A stretch of DNA of 64,000 bases from Mobula hypostoma (Eukaryota), in assembly GCF_963921235.1 (NCBI RefSeq), contig NC_086097.1, forward strand, positions 144,648,001 through 144,712,000. The letters run 5' to 3'. The notes beneath the pieces are model-generated. The model had not been told where the DNA came from, searched no databases, and worked only from the letters and a program-made list of their open reading frames with translations. This document shows, piece after piece, positions 13,001-26,829 of this stretch. A program made the position numbers and the translations under genes. Position 1 is the first letter of the stretch. Each line of letters starts with the position of its first letter.

Positions 13001-14189
13001 CTAGATGGAGAGTTAATCTAAGGCTCTGATAAATAAAGTTCACAATGCTGAAGGCTGTTGGCCAGCCCAAACATCCTCATGGTCAGAAGCATCAATTGGC
13101 CCTAACATATATGTTGAAAGAGAGAAATTGTATGTCTGGTTTTGCTTTTCATTTCAGTGATGTTATACAGATACATGAAGAGGTTCTTATCGCTGTTCTT
13201 ACAACAGAGATATTGGTCTGTCTGTTTGCTTAGCCAAATGGATCAACCTTTAGAGCTTTGAATTTTAATAGTTTAAAATATTGATTTTGAAACCTTTCTA
13301 CAGAGACACGAGAATAGCTTTTGCCTTTGAGAAGTTAATTGAGCAATTTTCGTGGAAATATGCTGCACATCGCCATATAATTAACACATTCTCTGCCAAG
13401 AAGACCATAACTATTTAAGCAAAAGATTTAGTTAATAGATTAAATATTTGCATATGTATACACAATTATCATGTCAACCAGTTATGAATTCAATCACATT
13501 GCTCATTTTTTTAAACCTTCAAATCTGTGGAGAGAACATGGAGAGAATAAGAATTGGAATTAACGCTGGATTAGTGAAAATGGGTGTTGATAACTTGCAA
13601 GGACAACTGTTTCTGTGCTGAATGTTTCCAAAACTCTATCTCATTAATTTCAAAAGTGATGTCTCTCCCCCATCTTTAACCTCTTCCCATGTGGACTAGT
13701 TCTATATGATGACCATGAACGTCCTTCAATACACATGCTTCAACTGTCATCACCACACTTCAGTTGAACTTGGTTCACTGATAGTTCACAGTGTCTTTAT
13801 CCAAAGGGTGTGATCTCCTCATTCACTCCCATTTCTGAATCACTCAATCCAAACATGGTTAATTCACACTTTGCCTCTATGGAACAACTTTATAGTTGAC
13901 CATGGAAACTACTTCTGCTACTGCTAGAAATTTATCATCAACAATCTGCAATTTAAAAACTAGTCCATGCCAAATGAGTTATGGCCTCCTCAAAGTGCAG
14001 ATTGGAAGCACATCAACTTGCAATCAGCTTCAAAGTGCAATATATAACAGAAGGATCCAGTTATAACAACATGATGGTCATACGTTGCAATTGCTGTAGT
14101 ATAGGGTTGTGTTGCTGGAATAAATGACTTGGTCCAAATATTGCCAGCTGCAGTTTAGGAAATGTAATCAGACTGAAATGTATATTATT

Positions 14190-14480
14190 TTACTGAGGTA
14201 TAGCACAGAATAGACCCTTCCAGTCCTTCAATCCACATCACTCAGCAGCCCTCAATTTAACCCTAGCTTAACCATGGGACAATTTACAATGATCAATCAA
14301 CCTGCTGGTGCATCTTTGGATTGTGGGAGAAAACCAGAACGCCTGGGGAAAACCCACACCTTCCACGGGGAGGATGTACAAACTACTTATAGATGACGTC
14401 AGAATGAAATTCTGAATTCCGTCACCCTGAGCTGTAACAGTAATAGTGTCACTCCAACTGCTTCGCTACCATAGCGCCCC
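14190..14480 (-). mobile_element. V-SINE (HE1-like) SINE
   Basis: tctttggattgtgggagaaaaccagaacgcctggggaaaacccac...acggggaggatgtacaaact = reverse V-SINE core. Confidence 0.8.
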
Positions 14481-15889
14481 AGCTAACCAGAATCTTCTGG
14501 AAACTAATAACCACAATAATTATAGATAACGGCTGTTTTTCAACCTGCACAGAGTCTGTACACTGAAGAGGAGGGTATTGTGATTAACCTCAGTTAGCAG
14601 GTCTGGCTAAACTGGTAGCATGGCAATGTCTATACCAATCCAGAATCATCTGCTTGCCCCTGACAAGTGCAGATACTGCAGGCAACTCAATTCTAGTGCA
14701 TTCCTGCAAACATTGATAGCTTTACACTAGAACATATGAAGTTTCCCAATTTGTTTAGTCACTGGCTACGACCTCTAACTCATTAAATTAATTACACCAT
14801 CTTTTCCAGCAAAACACTGATCTTCTTGGAAAAGGGCACATAAATACCTATGAAAATCTAATGCCCGGATTGTTGATCAAAGCATCTACAGCTGTGTGAT
14901 TCTTTTCACAGAGAGGAAAGTTATTAAAACAAAATACAAGCCTCAGAAAGCAAGTCTACATAGCACTGAGTCAAAGTGAAAAATGGAGAATCGGGCATAT
15001 ATAGGAATAAACTATGAGCAACAATGGCAGAAAAGAAAACAACTCCACAACAGAAATACTGTATGTCAGGTGAGCATTGTACCTTCGTGATCAAGAGATT
15101 GCTCAATCATGCACAAATCAGTTTAATCAAGTGCAATAACATTATATCTATGTTGAATGTGCTAGTGTAACTTCAGGTCTGTATAAACCATTTGTGCACG
15201 CTCCACCAGCTCCTAGCATCTTACCATGATTCTCCATATTCTATGCATTACCTATGATTAGACTGAGGAACATGAGCACATGCAGACCACGAACTTCAAA
15301 GTTGAGGAGAAGAAAGAGAGAATAGGAGACTTCAAATTTTAACTCCTGTTACCTGGTTTGGCTGGAGAATGGATTAATGGGATGGGTGGTGAAAAGGGCA
15401 GTGGAGAGAGTTGGGAAGGAAAGAGATACATTCTGCTCCTGCCAATAGCAATTTTAAATTGGAGATGTCACAGAGGCATGAACCAGATCCAAAGAGTTGG
15501 ATTCCATTGGTTCTTCAGATATCAATGATTTGGTCACATCTCGAGTGTATTTGATGAGGAGTTCAGCAACGTTGACTGGAACAACTTCAAGTTCTGATGG
15601 CTACCATGATTTGTCTCACAACAACATCCTCCATCTTCTCTTCACTCCAGGTGGTGACAATAAGATTTAATGCTTAAAGAAGGCTGTTCAGTGCAGGAAC
15701 TGAATAATAATCAATGCTGATATTTTTCTACAAGGCTTCCCTTTCAACCAATTCTCTATCCCTTTGATTTTGTCTCTTGAATATCTCAATCACACCTAAC
15801 AATGCCAATTGCACTTTTAATTACGTCCTCTCCTTTAAGACTCTCATTAAAATCCACCAAGATTAAGGTTTTGGTCAATTCTATTCAGG

Positions 15890-16380
15890 ATCAGAATCAG
15901 AATTATTATTAGTAACTTAGATGACGTGAACTATGTTTTCTGGCAGCAGTGCAAGGAAAAGATGTAAAATTACTATAAATAACAAAATGAAATAAGTAGT
16001 GCTAAAAATGAGAAAGTATTCAGGCGTTACTGGACCATTAGGAAGTCTGATGGCAGAGGGGAAGAAACTGTTTCTGAATCATTGAGTGTGGGTCTTCAGG
16101 CTCCTGTACCTTCTCCCTGATAGTAGTAATAAGAAGAGTGTGTGTTCTGGATGGTGAATGGTGGATACCTCCTTCCCGAGGCAGAACCTCTTGAAGATAT
16201 CGTCAATGGTGGGGAGGGTTATATCCACAGTGGAGATACCTGAGGCCTGTTTTGATCCTGTGCATTGGTACATCCATTCCAGACTGTGATACAACCAGTC
16301 AGAATGCCCTCTACGGTACTTCTATAGAATTTTGTAAAAGTGTCTGTTGACATAGCAAGCCTCCTCAAGCTCCAAACAAA
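15890..16380 (-). mobile_element. Rex1/Babar LINE 3' fragment
   Basis: ORFs 16079-16428 (FYRSTVEGILTGCITVWNG; LLSGRRYRSLKTHT); atcagaatcagaatt tail. Confidence 0.8.
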
Positions 16381-18669
16381 TTTCCTTTTCTTTTTTTTCA
16401 AATAGGGTTTTTTTAATTCCAGTTGCACCTTGTTGAAAGGGCTCTGGCATATTCTTCTGCTGCTATTTCTGTTGTTGTACCTAGAGTCATATCCTGAAGT
16501 GATAGAAGTCAGTTATAATGTCCCTGCCACATTACAAGAGTGCAAAATGTTGCAAGATTGTGAAAGTCAGAATTGAACATAAGTGTTCTTTCATTTTGCT
16601 GTCAGTCCAGGGATTCTTTGTGAGATCAAGAGGAAATGATATCTCAGATCAAGAGGATATGATCCAATAGAGCTGATCAGGGCTGACCTGCTGATTTGAT
16701 ATTTTACCTGCTCCTTCTCCACTTTCTTCACAAGATTTCTTTACCATAGTTCTTGATCAGCCAAATTGGATAATGCACTGTTGTTCATTTTTATTTTCAA
16801 AAAAGCTTGTAATGCTTTTTAGCTTCCAGGGATGTTTTGGCACAAACTGCAAACACAGCTCGGTTGAAAGTAAAAAGCATAGTTGCAAAACCTTACACTT
16901 GCAGCTGATAGTAAAGCATTTAAAGAAGTGCAGAGCCACAGCTCTCAAGGACAAGGCACTGACCGAAAAGCTCCAGCCCGAGGATTAGATAAACACTGGA
17001 AGTTTCATATTAAACAGAGCATTTTACGATCAAGCATGCTGTTACCTCAGCAAAGAGTCACTTTTGATGTTTGTTTAATTGACTATTCAGTGAAATCTTG
17101 TATATTTATTTTAAGTGTAATGATTTTTTGTAAACGTTGTATATTATATACATGTTGAGCAACAGATATCTCATATCCTGTTGAGTGGGCCAACAGTTCA
17201 ATAGAGGGTCATTTATACCAAGTAGAAGGGAGTCAAGAAGTAGAAAGAGCTCTGAATGCAAGAATACGCAAGAGTCAAAAGAGGAGAACATTGGTTGACG
17301 CTACTCCAACTCCCACCTGAATTTTGATCCCTTAAACTATCCATTGCTCCACACCTATTGACCCCCATTTTCCTACAAAGATTTGTTTAATTCCTGTAAA
17401 ATCTAATTGGCTAAACATTCAATAATTTTCTGAGAGTTCTGGATTTCCACTGTTCTCAGTGTGAAGATGTTCCCTGTGATTTGGTCAGAGCATTGACTCT
17501 GCACAACCGAATTGAAGTAGAAAGCTATCAGTTTAGACTGCTATGCAGGACCACACCCTGTAACCTAAGTTGACACCACACTGCGGTACTGAATGCCGGA
17601 TGTTAAATGGTGAAAAGCTGTCTGTCTGCTCTGGTGGTTCAGGTTGGTGTTCAAAATACAGTACTATTCAAATAAAAGGAATTTTACTGCTGTCTTGGCC
17701 AACATTTCCCCATCTTTCATTTTGCTGTCATTCGTAAAATATGACAGATTGTAGTCCTACACTGTAAAAAAACAAATGAACACCACATGCCAAACAACAC
17801 AATGCAAAGCAACCTATATGCTATAACTGCAATAGTTCTGAAATGAGAGAAAAATAATCTGCAAAAGCAAGGAATTTTGCCTATACATCTTCAGTAGTGT
17901 CTTTATTTTGGACCCCAGTATGCTGGGGCTTCTGCCACTGTTCTGATAAATACAGCATATGGCAATACCCTTGGCAGCTATCTGAGAAAAGACATTACTT
18001 CTCTAATGTAAATGTTTGCTAAGTCCATTGAAAGTTGAGGTGTCTTCATCAATCTACACAAGGATACTGCCCAGAAAATAAAGACATGAATATTTCCTCT
18101 CCATCTCCCATCACCAACCAAGCATTCCTTCCTTCTGAAGCAGCAACAATAATCCACAGCTTCATGACAGAGGAATCTATTAATTATGAATGGATTCCGA
18201 CTCCAGTGGAACAGAACCTGGCTCAAGGTTTTGGAGAGGTCCTCAAAGGGAGGCCAAAGTTTCCACTCACAGACCGATGAACAAGTCTGGCTTTCTTAGA
18301 TAGAGCCTTAGCCAAGCCCTGCCACATCCCATTAAACTATGATTATTATTAGCCATTTATAGGTTGTTTCCTATTGCCATCTAGACAAGAAAAGCACTGG
18401 AAAGAATTGTTCAAAGATAATGGGGGTTATTCTTTTGCAGTCTGAAGATCAGCAGACAAGTTGTTTCCACAGAGATAGTGTACAATCTCCTAAAATGAAA
18501 CTTTCCATTTCCTGTCAAGTCTTCTTTGTTTTCTTAGATATTAAAGAGAAATACTAGCAAATTTCAGTGATACTTGACTCTAATGCTGTTTATACAAGCA
18601 ATGTCAAAAACACATGAGAAAAGAAGGGATTATCACATTCAAAGTCTGCACACTAACGACAAGCGGCAC

Positions 18670-19150
18670 AACTCTATGGTCAAGGCTTGGAGAGGGTGCA
18701 GAAAAGATTTGGTGGGATGATCCCAGTGATGTAGATCCTCTGTTAATGACAGAGATGACAGTTGCAGGGATGATTTACTGAGAGCAAAGTGTTCTAAAGA
18801 AGATTTTGCAGAAGCTTACTAAATAAAGTTTATAGTTTTAGCAGATTACTGATTATGTCTAGGATTTTAAATGACTGTTATATCCACTGGCAAGAATGCT
18901 AGGTAACTCAAAGGACAGGGAATTAGGATAATTGGCAGAAGAACCAGAGAACAGATGTAGAAAATATATTCAGGGTGGCATTAATATAAATTTCTACTGT
19001 AGTAAGATGAGGTACACTATCTAAAAGAGTCGTGGCAGATTCATTATTAGCTTTTAAAAGAATATTGTAAAGAAAGAAAAATGAAAAGGAAAGTAGGGAC
19101 AGCCTCTGCTTTAAATGAGCCATTATAGGAACGAAAGGCTAAATGCTAGA
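18670..19150 (+). mobile_element. Degenerate CR1 3' fragment
   Basis: ttggagagggtgcagaaaagatttggtgggatgatccca (LERVQKRF..MIP) and decayed CR1 tail. Confidence 0.6.
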
Positions 19151-20009
19151 GCTTTACGTAGCTGTTGTGTTGCAGTTGTGTTGCATTCATTAAGATTCCA
19201 CTCGCATCTGAATTTCAGAATTGGAATCAGAATCAGATTTATTATCACTGAGCAGACTCGGATTTAGTATCACTAACTTGTATGACCGAAAGTTTGTTTT
19301 GCAGCAGCAGTACAGAGCAAAGAAATAATTTTTCTACAAATTACAAAAATAAATAAGTAGAGCAAACTAAAGAAATGTGCAAAAAAAAAGCAAAATGATG
19401 TGCTGGAAATACTCAGCAATACCTGTGGGGAGAGAACAGGATTCATACTTTGAGATTATTGACATGAACTAGTAATTCTGTTTCCCTCTCCATAGATGCT
19501 GTCAGACCTCCGAGTATTTCCTTCATTTTATGTTTGCATTTCAAACTTATGGCATTTGCATTTTATCTTTTATTCTTTTGGTTACTGCTGTCTGTATGAA
19601 GTTTTTATGTTCTCTCCTGTGACTATATGGGTTTCCTCCAGGTATCTGGTTCCTCCCACATCACACAGGCATATGCGTTAGTAGGACAGTGTGAACTTGT
19701 AGGACTGGAAGGGACTTTTGCTATGATGTAAATTTAAGTAATAACACTGGACAGCAAATTTTCTCAAAAGTGATGCTTCCTCAGAATTTTTTTTGTTTCT
19801 GATAGACCAGTTGAAGCTGAACACAACTATAATTCCAGACTACTTGTATCACGTAGGAATTTGGAGAAACAGTAAACTAACTTTTACTGACTATGATGCA
19901 TTTAATTGCATAACGGTGCTGACACTTTGCCTTGTTCAACTAAGTTAAAAATGTTTTACTGATGATTTTCATTTGTACTCTGTCTGAGGGTTCTCGCTTA
20001 AGTGTTCAA

Positions 20010-21055
20010 CAATAATCAGCCAGCATTGATGGATTCCAGTTGCCCTGGTACCGTTTCTCCATGACCGCAATGTCCTAGTGAACTCTCTTAACATGTTCAT
20101 CACTGACAGCGTCAAGATTTGCAGGGAAGAAGTCTAAATGGGAATGCAGAATATGAATCTTTAGTGATATGTTGCACATCATGGTTTTGTATGCTTGAAG
20201 AATGTTGTCAACCAGCTGCACATAGTTTGGCACTCTGCAGTTGTCAAGAAAATTTTCAGCAACCTCCTTGAATGGCTTCCATGCAATCTTCTCCAGCTCC
20301 CTGAGACGTTCTTCAAATTGCTTGTCATTGATGATCCATTTGATTTTTGGACCAACAAAAACCCTTTCCTTAAATTTGGCATCAGTTATTCTGGGAAACA
20401 TCTGTCTCAAATATCGAAATCCTTCACGTAAATTCTTGTCTCTGGTAACAGCAATCCATCCTTACAGTCCTGAAGCCAGTAACTCTGCTTTTGTTGTTGA
20501 CAAACCCAAGTCTCTGACCAGGTCATTTAACTCAGATTGAGTTATCGGATAAGGCTCACTCAACAGAAAGGGTTCAAAATCTATATCAGTATCAGTGTTG
20601 TTTTCCATTCCTGGCTCATGCATCATGGCATCTTCATCTGCCTTCTCTAGACTGCATATCTCTCGTGGCTTCCATACTGGAAGACTATCGTCATGCAGCA
20701 CAGGGAGTTTGGTGAATTCAATAGATTTCTTGTTTTTGGCAGAGAAACCAGACACACTAGTGAGACAGAAGTAGCAGGTTGTCACATGATCCATCAGCTC
20801 TCGCCATATCATCAGGGCAGCGATCGGCATTGACATCTGAGTATCTCTGAGCCAAACTGTGAGATCAACAGCAGATGTTGCACAACAAAGGTGAGGATCC
20901 CAGGCTTTGTCTTGGTCACCAATTTTACACCCAAAGTAGAGCTCATAGGTTTTCTTAAGAAGAGGAGTCATGCTCCAACTTTGAGATGTAAGAATATACT
21001 CACCACAAATACTGCATAACAGAAAATTTGGCAACTATTGTAACACTGCCGAGAC
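20010..21055 (-). pseudogene. Chapaev3 transposase pseudogene (N-terminal Cys-rich domain fused to C-terminus; core deleted)
   Basis: CSICGE..YELYFGCKIGDQDKAWDPHLCC..IWRE..DH..CYFC..QSELNDLVRDLGLS..KAELLAS, then FPRITDAKFKERVFVGP..SLKIHILHSHLDFFPANLDAVSDEH. Confidence 0.85.
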
Positions 21056-21416
21056 ATTTTGCTATCACACATACTCTTGAAAATACAATTACTTTATCAT
21101 AATGAGTACACACAACATGCTGTGCACATAGAACTGATTACATATAAGGGCAATGCATAGAATAGTGTGTTCCTGATGCTTTTATAGTCTTTCGAAAACC
21201 TGTCCTGCCATGGGGTGTTCATCCTGCCTAAACATGCCCAGGCATGCCTGGACAAGATAGAAAACTTTTCAACTAACATTGTGGGCAACACTTTAATTGA
21301 CTTGAATTATGAATTGAAATGACAAATACAGGCAATTTCAAAAAACTGGTACGTGGTAAAAAAAATTTCAAGGTGGTTTCATGATCAGCAGCCAAAAATC
21401 CATAGATACACCCAAC

Positions 21417-21660
21417 TGTTATGAGACGCTTCCAAACACATCAGCTTCTGAGATTTAAATGCTCTAACTCTCTGGAGTATGGTTAGCTGGTGCAACCTCT
21501 TTAAAGGCTCAGGGCATTCCTGTTAATTGGTAATCTTGTTTTAGGCACCAAGAATTGAGTATTTAAGGAACACCTGAACATAGGTCAGTGCTCAATCTAA
21601 ATCTAGCATTTGTTTTGCAATCAATTTCTCGATCCAGTTTGAGACCATGTCTCGGTCCCA
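21417..21660 (+). repeat. Gypsy 5' LTR (3'-truncated)
   Basis: Starts tgttat; collinear with 24264-24550 (e.g. tgttttaggcaccaagaattgagta in both). Confidence 0.85.
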
Positions 21661-24263
21661 GCTGTGGAAAAGAGGCCTCCATTATCTCTCTCCCGACTGG
21701 AAGAGCTTTGACCTGATATGGACCAGATTGTAGGCACTCTGGGAGTCTAATTTTGTGAGTACCCTCTACCCTTGCAGCACCTCAAAAGCCATATTCATAA
21801 GAGGAGTGGGGTAGCGATTCTTAGTCATTATGTGGTTTAATCCCCTGTAGCCAATGCATGACTGCAGGCTCCTATCTTTCTTTTGTATGAAGAAAAACCC
21901 TGCGCCAGTGGATGAGGTGGAGGGCTGAATGAAGTCTTTGGCTAGAGATTCCTTTATATACTCATTCACAGCGCTTCTCTCTGGGCCTAAGAGCACATAC
22001 AAATGACCCCACAGAGGACAAGTACCAGGCAGCAGCTCTGTGGCACATTCGTAGGGTTGGTGTGGTGGAAGAGTTGAGGCCTTTTCCTTAATAATACCTC
22101 CACTAAGTCCTCGTAAATGGAGAGGATTTGACCGGTTTGGGTGATGCTATCTCCTCCGAACCTTCCTCCGAGGATGACTCCTGAGACTTCTTTGCTGACA
22201 GGGGTGGTTTGACAGTCCTCTCTCTCAGCTCACAGAATCCATCCGTGGGAACAGTGGTCGAATTGCAGTCTGGCTCCCTGTCTGTATCCAGGGCTAATGG
22301 CAGCAAGGCCTTACAGAGGGTCCTTGCATTCACACGAATAGGCTTTAAAGATCGGCATAAAGAAGACTTTTGAAGAGCTTAATCTGTGGTTTCCTAGAGC
22401 TCTCATCTTGGTTTCTTCCATCCTGGACCTTCCCTTCATTGTGAAAGTAGATTGTCAGACATTGGAGTTGGTGCTGTCTTGTCTCAACAATCACCTTCAG
22501 ACAGTAAACTGCACCCGTGTGTATTCTTCTCTAGGCGGTTATCCTCCACAGGGAGGAACTATAACGTCGGGAATCAGGAGATTCTTGCAGTTAAGTTTGC
22601 TTTTGGAGGAATGGCTTCACTGGCTGGAGGGGGCCAAGAACCCTCTATCGTTTGGACTGACTATAAAACCTATATTCAAGAGGACAAGAGGCTGAATTCC
22701 AGGCAGGCCAGGTGGTCTTTGGTTTTTAACTGGTTTAATTTCATCCTGAGCTATCGACTGGGGTTTATGAATGAGAAACCTGATGCCCTGTCCCACAAGT
22801 TTGACAAACCCGAACGAGAGAAGCATCCTACCACCATTTTGCCTCAAGCCAGGGTGGTAGTGTCAATTCATTGGGGAATCGACAAGGCCCAAGACCCAAG
22901 CGCAATGAGAGATTTCTGAGAATGGTCCTCCGAGTCAGCTGTTCGTCGCAAGTTCTGTCTGGTCCCAGGTACTGAATGGGGATATTCGCCAAGATTGACC
23001 ATACACCCAGGGATTGCCAGGACCCTTGACTTTATCTAGAGAAGGTATTGATGGCTGGAAACGACAAGAGAAGTTCAGCAGTACGTGCAGACATGCGAGA
23101 TGTGCGCTCAGAACAAGGAGCCCTGTACCTAGCCTCAAGCATTCCTCCAGCCCATACCCATTCTGAAAAAACCTTGGGCCCACGTCTCCATGGATTTTGT
23201 CACGGGTCTTCCACCATCCAAGGGGAAGTCAGTCATCATGGTAGTTGTTGATTGGTTTTCGAAAGCCTGCAAGTTTAATGCCTTAGAGAAGCTACCTTCC
23301 ACAGGGTAGGTGGCCGAGATTGTCCTGGTCCAGCTCTTCAGGGTCCATGGACTCCCAGTGGACATTGTCTCGGATCATGGTCCACAATTCTTGTCACATT
23401 TCTGGAAGGTTTTCTGTAAACTAACAGAGGCAACAGCAAGCCTTTCCTCTGGGTTTCACCCGCAGTCCAACGGCCAGATGGAGCGGACTAACCAAGATTT
23501 AGAATGTACCCTGAGATGCCCGGCCTTGGAAAGGCCTGATTTATGGTGTGACTATCTGATGTGGGCTGAGATCACCCACAGACCTCACAGCACTCGGCAC
23601 ATGGGATGTCACCATTTGGGTGTCAGATTGGTTGTCCTCTATCCCTCAACACAGAACAAGAAGCCAAGGTTGGGGTCTTTGCAGCAGAAGACCGTCTCCA
23701 ACCCTGCAAGGAGAAATGGATGAGGGCAAGAGAAATTTTGCTGACCTCAACCTGAATTGCAAGAGACAAAGGCGAACCAAACAGAAAAGGCTGGAATCTA
23801 TGTTTCAGCTTGGGCAACAGGTCTGACCGTCCACTCATGTTTTGCCTCTCTGAGTGGAATGTAGAAATTGGTAACCAAGTTCTTTGGTCCTTTTAAGATC
23901 CTAAGAAAAGTAATCATGGTGGCTTACACCTTGCAGCTCCCCAAGACCCTAACGATCAATCCCACCTTCCAGAATCTCTAAGTTAAAACCTGTCTGTACC
24001 AGCCCCTTAACCCCACCACCGTTGGTCCCACTGCCACCCAGGCTTATCAAAGGGGAGTAGGTCTCCAGGGTGAAAAAACTTCTGGTCTTGCGTTCTGTTC
24101 AAGGTGTTTGGCAATACCTAGTGGACTGGGAGGGATTCAGACTGTAGGAAAGGTGCTGAGTGCCGGAAAGAGACTTCCTGGATCTGACTCTCATCCACAT
24201 TTACCATCTCTGCCTCTTCGAGCAGCCAGGGCCACCGGCAGTCGGCTGGAGAGGAGGGGGTCC

Positions 24264-24609
24264 TGTTACAAGATGCTCCCAACCACGCCAGCTTTTGAGA
24301 TTTAAACATTCTAACTCTCCAATGTATGGATTGCTAGCATGGCTTCTTTAAGTGCACAGGACGTTCCCGTTAATTGATTCCCGTTAATTGTTCCCGTTAA
24401 TTGATAACCATGTTTTAGGCACCAAGAATTGAGTACTTAGGCAACACCTGAACAGACGTTCAGTGTTCAGTCGTAAGCCTACCAGTGATTTCATCTAGCA
24501 TTTGTTTTGTGCTCAGTTTCTTGATCCCATTTGAGAGCACATCTCAGTCTCATCCCTGGATACTCCTGCATTTGTGTCCAAGCCACCCTTGTCAAGGAGT
24601 ATCGTCACA
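24264..24609 (+). repeat. Gypsy 3' LTR
   Basis: tgttac...gtcaca after the PPT; contains a (ttcccgttaattg)x3 tandem expansion at ~24364-24402. Confidence 0.85.
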
Positions 24610-26829
24610 TCCCAGTATTCAGGGAGCAATATCTTTGTTATCCATTGTAGTTAATAATTCCATTTACATGCCCTTGTCCCATATTCCTTCATTCCCTCAA
24701 TGACCACTTCCAGTTTTGAAAGGATAATTCATCCAACAGTCATAAACTAATAGAGAAGAGAACTCAAACTATCTTTACAGTAGACAACTGTAAAAGAGTT
24801 CAACAGAGAGTATTTAATTGTCTGTTTTCTTTCCCCAAAACTGATTGAGGTGCTGTATGTTCCAATGCTTTTGAATGCAAACCAACAAAAGTCTCCTAAG
24901 ATTGATTCATCCAAATGGAACATGTAATAATCAACGGGTGTGTGATCTTGCCTTTGTTTTTGAATATACATGAGCAAAGGGAACGAACAAATCCAGGGTA
25001 AAACAATTAATTAAGGCAGCGCTACAGTGAAAAACCAAGAGATGGAAATGAAAAGATATGCATTAAATAGTGATTTTTATGATCTTGGGATATCTCATGA
25101 ACTTTTCCAAAGGTAAAGAGTATAGAGAATTGATTGCATGCAGTTTAGTGTGATCAATGCACGTTGAATTAAACCTGTCTCTCCTCATGTTTTGCTGAAG
25201 CTGATAGGAGACATAACAGGCTTGTAGAGTTATGCTGCTGGTGAAATATAAAGTAAGGCAGAAACTTAAAGCTGTATGGTAGTTAATGGAAGAGAAAGAT
25301 TCTTAAACATCATTTGGAAGATCATGGAATTATCAATGCCATTTTGGGGATTCTGTTCCAGGTGTCCTCTCACATCAGAAATGGTTCTTGATTTTGCTCC
25401 TCAAGATTTTGACTTTAGCTTAGGACTTAGTTCATTCATTCACGTAGTATAACCACCACTGGTAAATCTCTTCATGTTGTCCATTTCTAATTGCTCTTGA
25501 GAAAGTGATAGTGCGTTACCTACTTGAACTGTTACAGTACATCTCATGGTTTTATTACCTATGGAATTTTACTCAGAAATAGCAATGGATAGACATTATA
25601 TTTCCATATCAGGATGGTGTGCCTTTCAAGCAATTTTAGAGGTGGTGACATTCCGATACACCGAATGATCATAGAGTTCACAGTTTATTTTTGAGTTGCC
25701 ATTGAAAAAGTCTTGGTAAGTTTCTTCAAGGCAGCAAATAGTTGATACAAAATACAAGTCATGATGTACTGATACGAAAGAAAGTGGATGTTTAAGGTGG
25801 TGACTTATTCCAGCAGCAGATTAATGCAAGTGGCTTTGAGAGGAGTTAACTAGTTGCCAATAATTCTTGGGAGCCACAGGAGAGTACAACTGGCCTGGGT
25901 GGGATAATAAAGAATATAAGACGCAGTAAGCTACTTTGTCTGAATGTTCCATCATCTTAAGAAGAGTCAAAATGTAAATAATTGATTAGATAGACTTTTT
26001 GGAATTTGAAAAATATTACATTGGAAGGGCTTAATTCAATGAAAAGAGTAATGAGAAATTCCACAGCAACTGTTTCCACAGACTAGCTATATTTTTGTGA
26101 TTTTATAGGGAAGATGACCTGGTATGTGATGGAAAAGAGAGTTTCAGAAAATGCATCTCAATATGGGATATGAGGGTCTGAGAACACCACCTGGACCTCA
26201 GGTCCATTTGAGATAAGCACAAGCAGGCCAAGATCTGTGGAACAGAGATCAATGAGGTCAAAACAAGAGCATGGGAATGCTTGCAGAGGATGTAATGGGA
26301 CATGTTTACGAACCAGCCTGTACCTTTGGGAAATGGCTGGATAGATTCCATAATGCACCTCAGCCTGAGTCACTGAACACATTGCATCACAACCAGTACT
26401 TAATGATCCTTTTAAAAACAGCGTATATATTTTCCATCCAGGCTGATTGCAATTCATTGGAGTGCAGCATATCCAGTTCCTTGAAGGAAGGAGTGATATG
26501 GAGGTCATGAGCGGGTTTCCACCTGTTTGGTTTTGGCTCGGAGTCTAGATTTTTAAGTTGTGTCTGGAAATATTTAAACTGTGAACTATGCACTGAAAGA
26601 ATCCAAATTCTTTAAAATAAAAGCTATTCCTCTTCTCAACTGTTTACTCTGTAACTTGTGTTCTAAATGCACCTTATTATTTGTTAATTTATTTGTGGTA
26701 ATATTACCTTATGTGTTATGTGCGTGAATTATATGTACTGTGTTGTGCAACTTGGTCTGGAGGAACATTGTTTTGTTTGGTGGAATACATGTGTATAGTT
26801 GAATGACAATAAATTTGAACTTGAACTGC

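Larger units (their letters stand above)
21417..24609 (+). mobile_element. Gypsy/Ty3 chromovirus-type LTR retrotransposon, rearranged and decayed
   Basis: Two direct LTRs; RNase H (DIGVGAVLSQ..HPCVFFSRRLS..RNY), integrase ([24 protein letters not shown]) and chromodomain (QYLVDWEG) on +; RT N-terminus on -; PPT ggagaggaggggg before the 3' LTR. Confidence 0.9.
19745..24647 (-). mobile_element. Chapaev3-type (CMC superfamily) DNA transposon, internally deleted, with nested Gypsy
   Basis: Termini cactggacagcaaa (19745) and reverse complement caatggataacaaa (24647); transposase remnants in ORFs 20462-21034 and 20075-20410. Confidence 0.8.

Noticed and set aside
14400..14480. tRNA-like sequences in SINE heads
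   Set aside because: Decayed tRNA-derived SINE promoters attached to V-SINE bodies, not tRNA genes
24364..24402. Short direct repeats (ttcccgttaattg)x3, also (caacttttaaa..)x3 at ~34472-34515
   Set aside because: Simple slippage duplications within TEs; no spacers, not CRISPR-like
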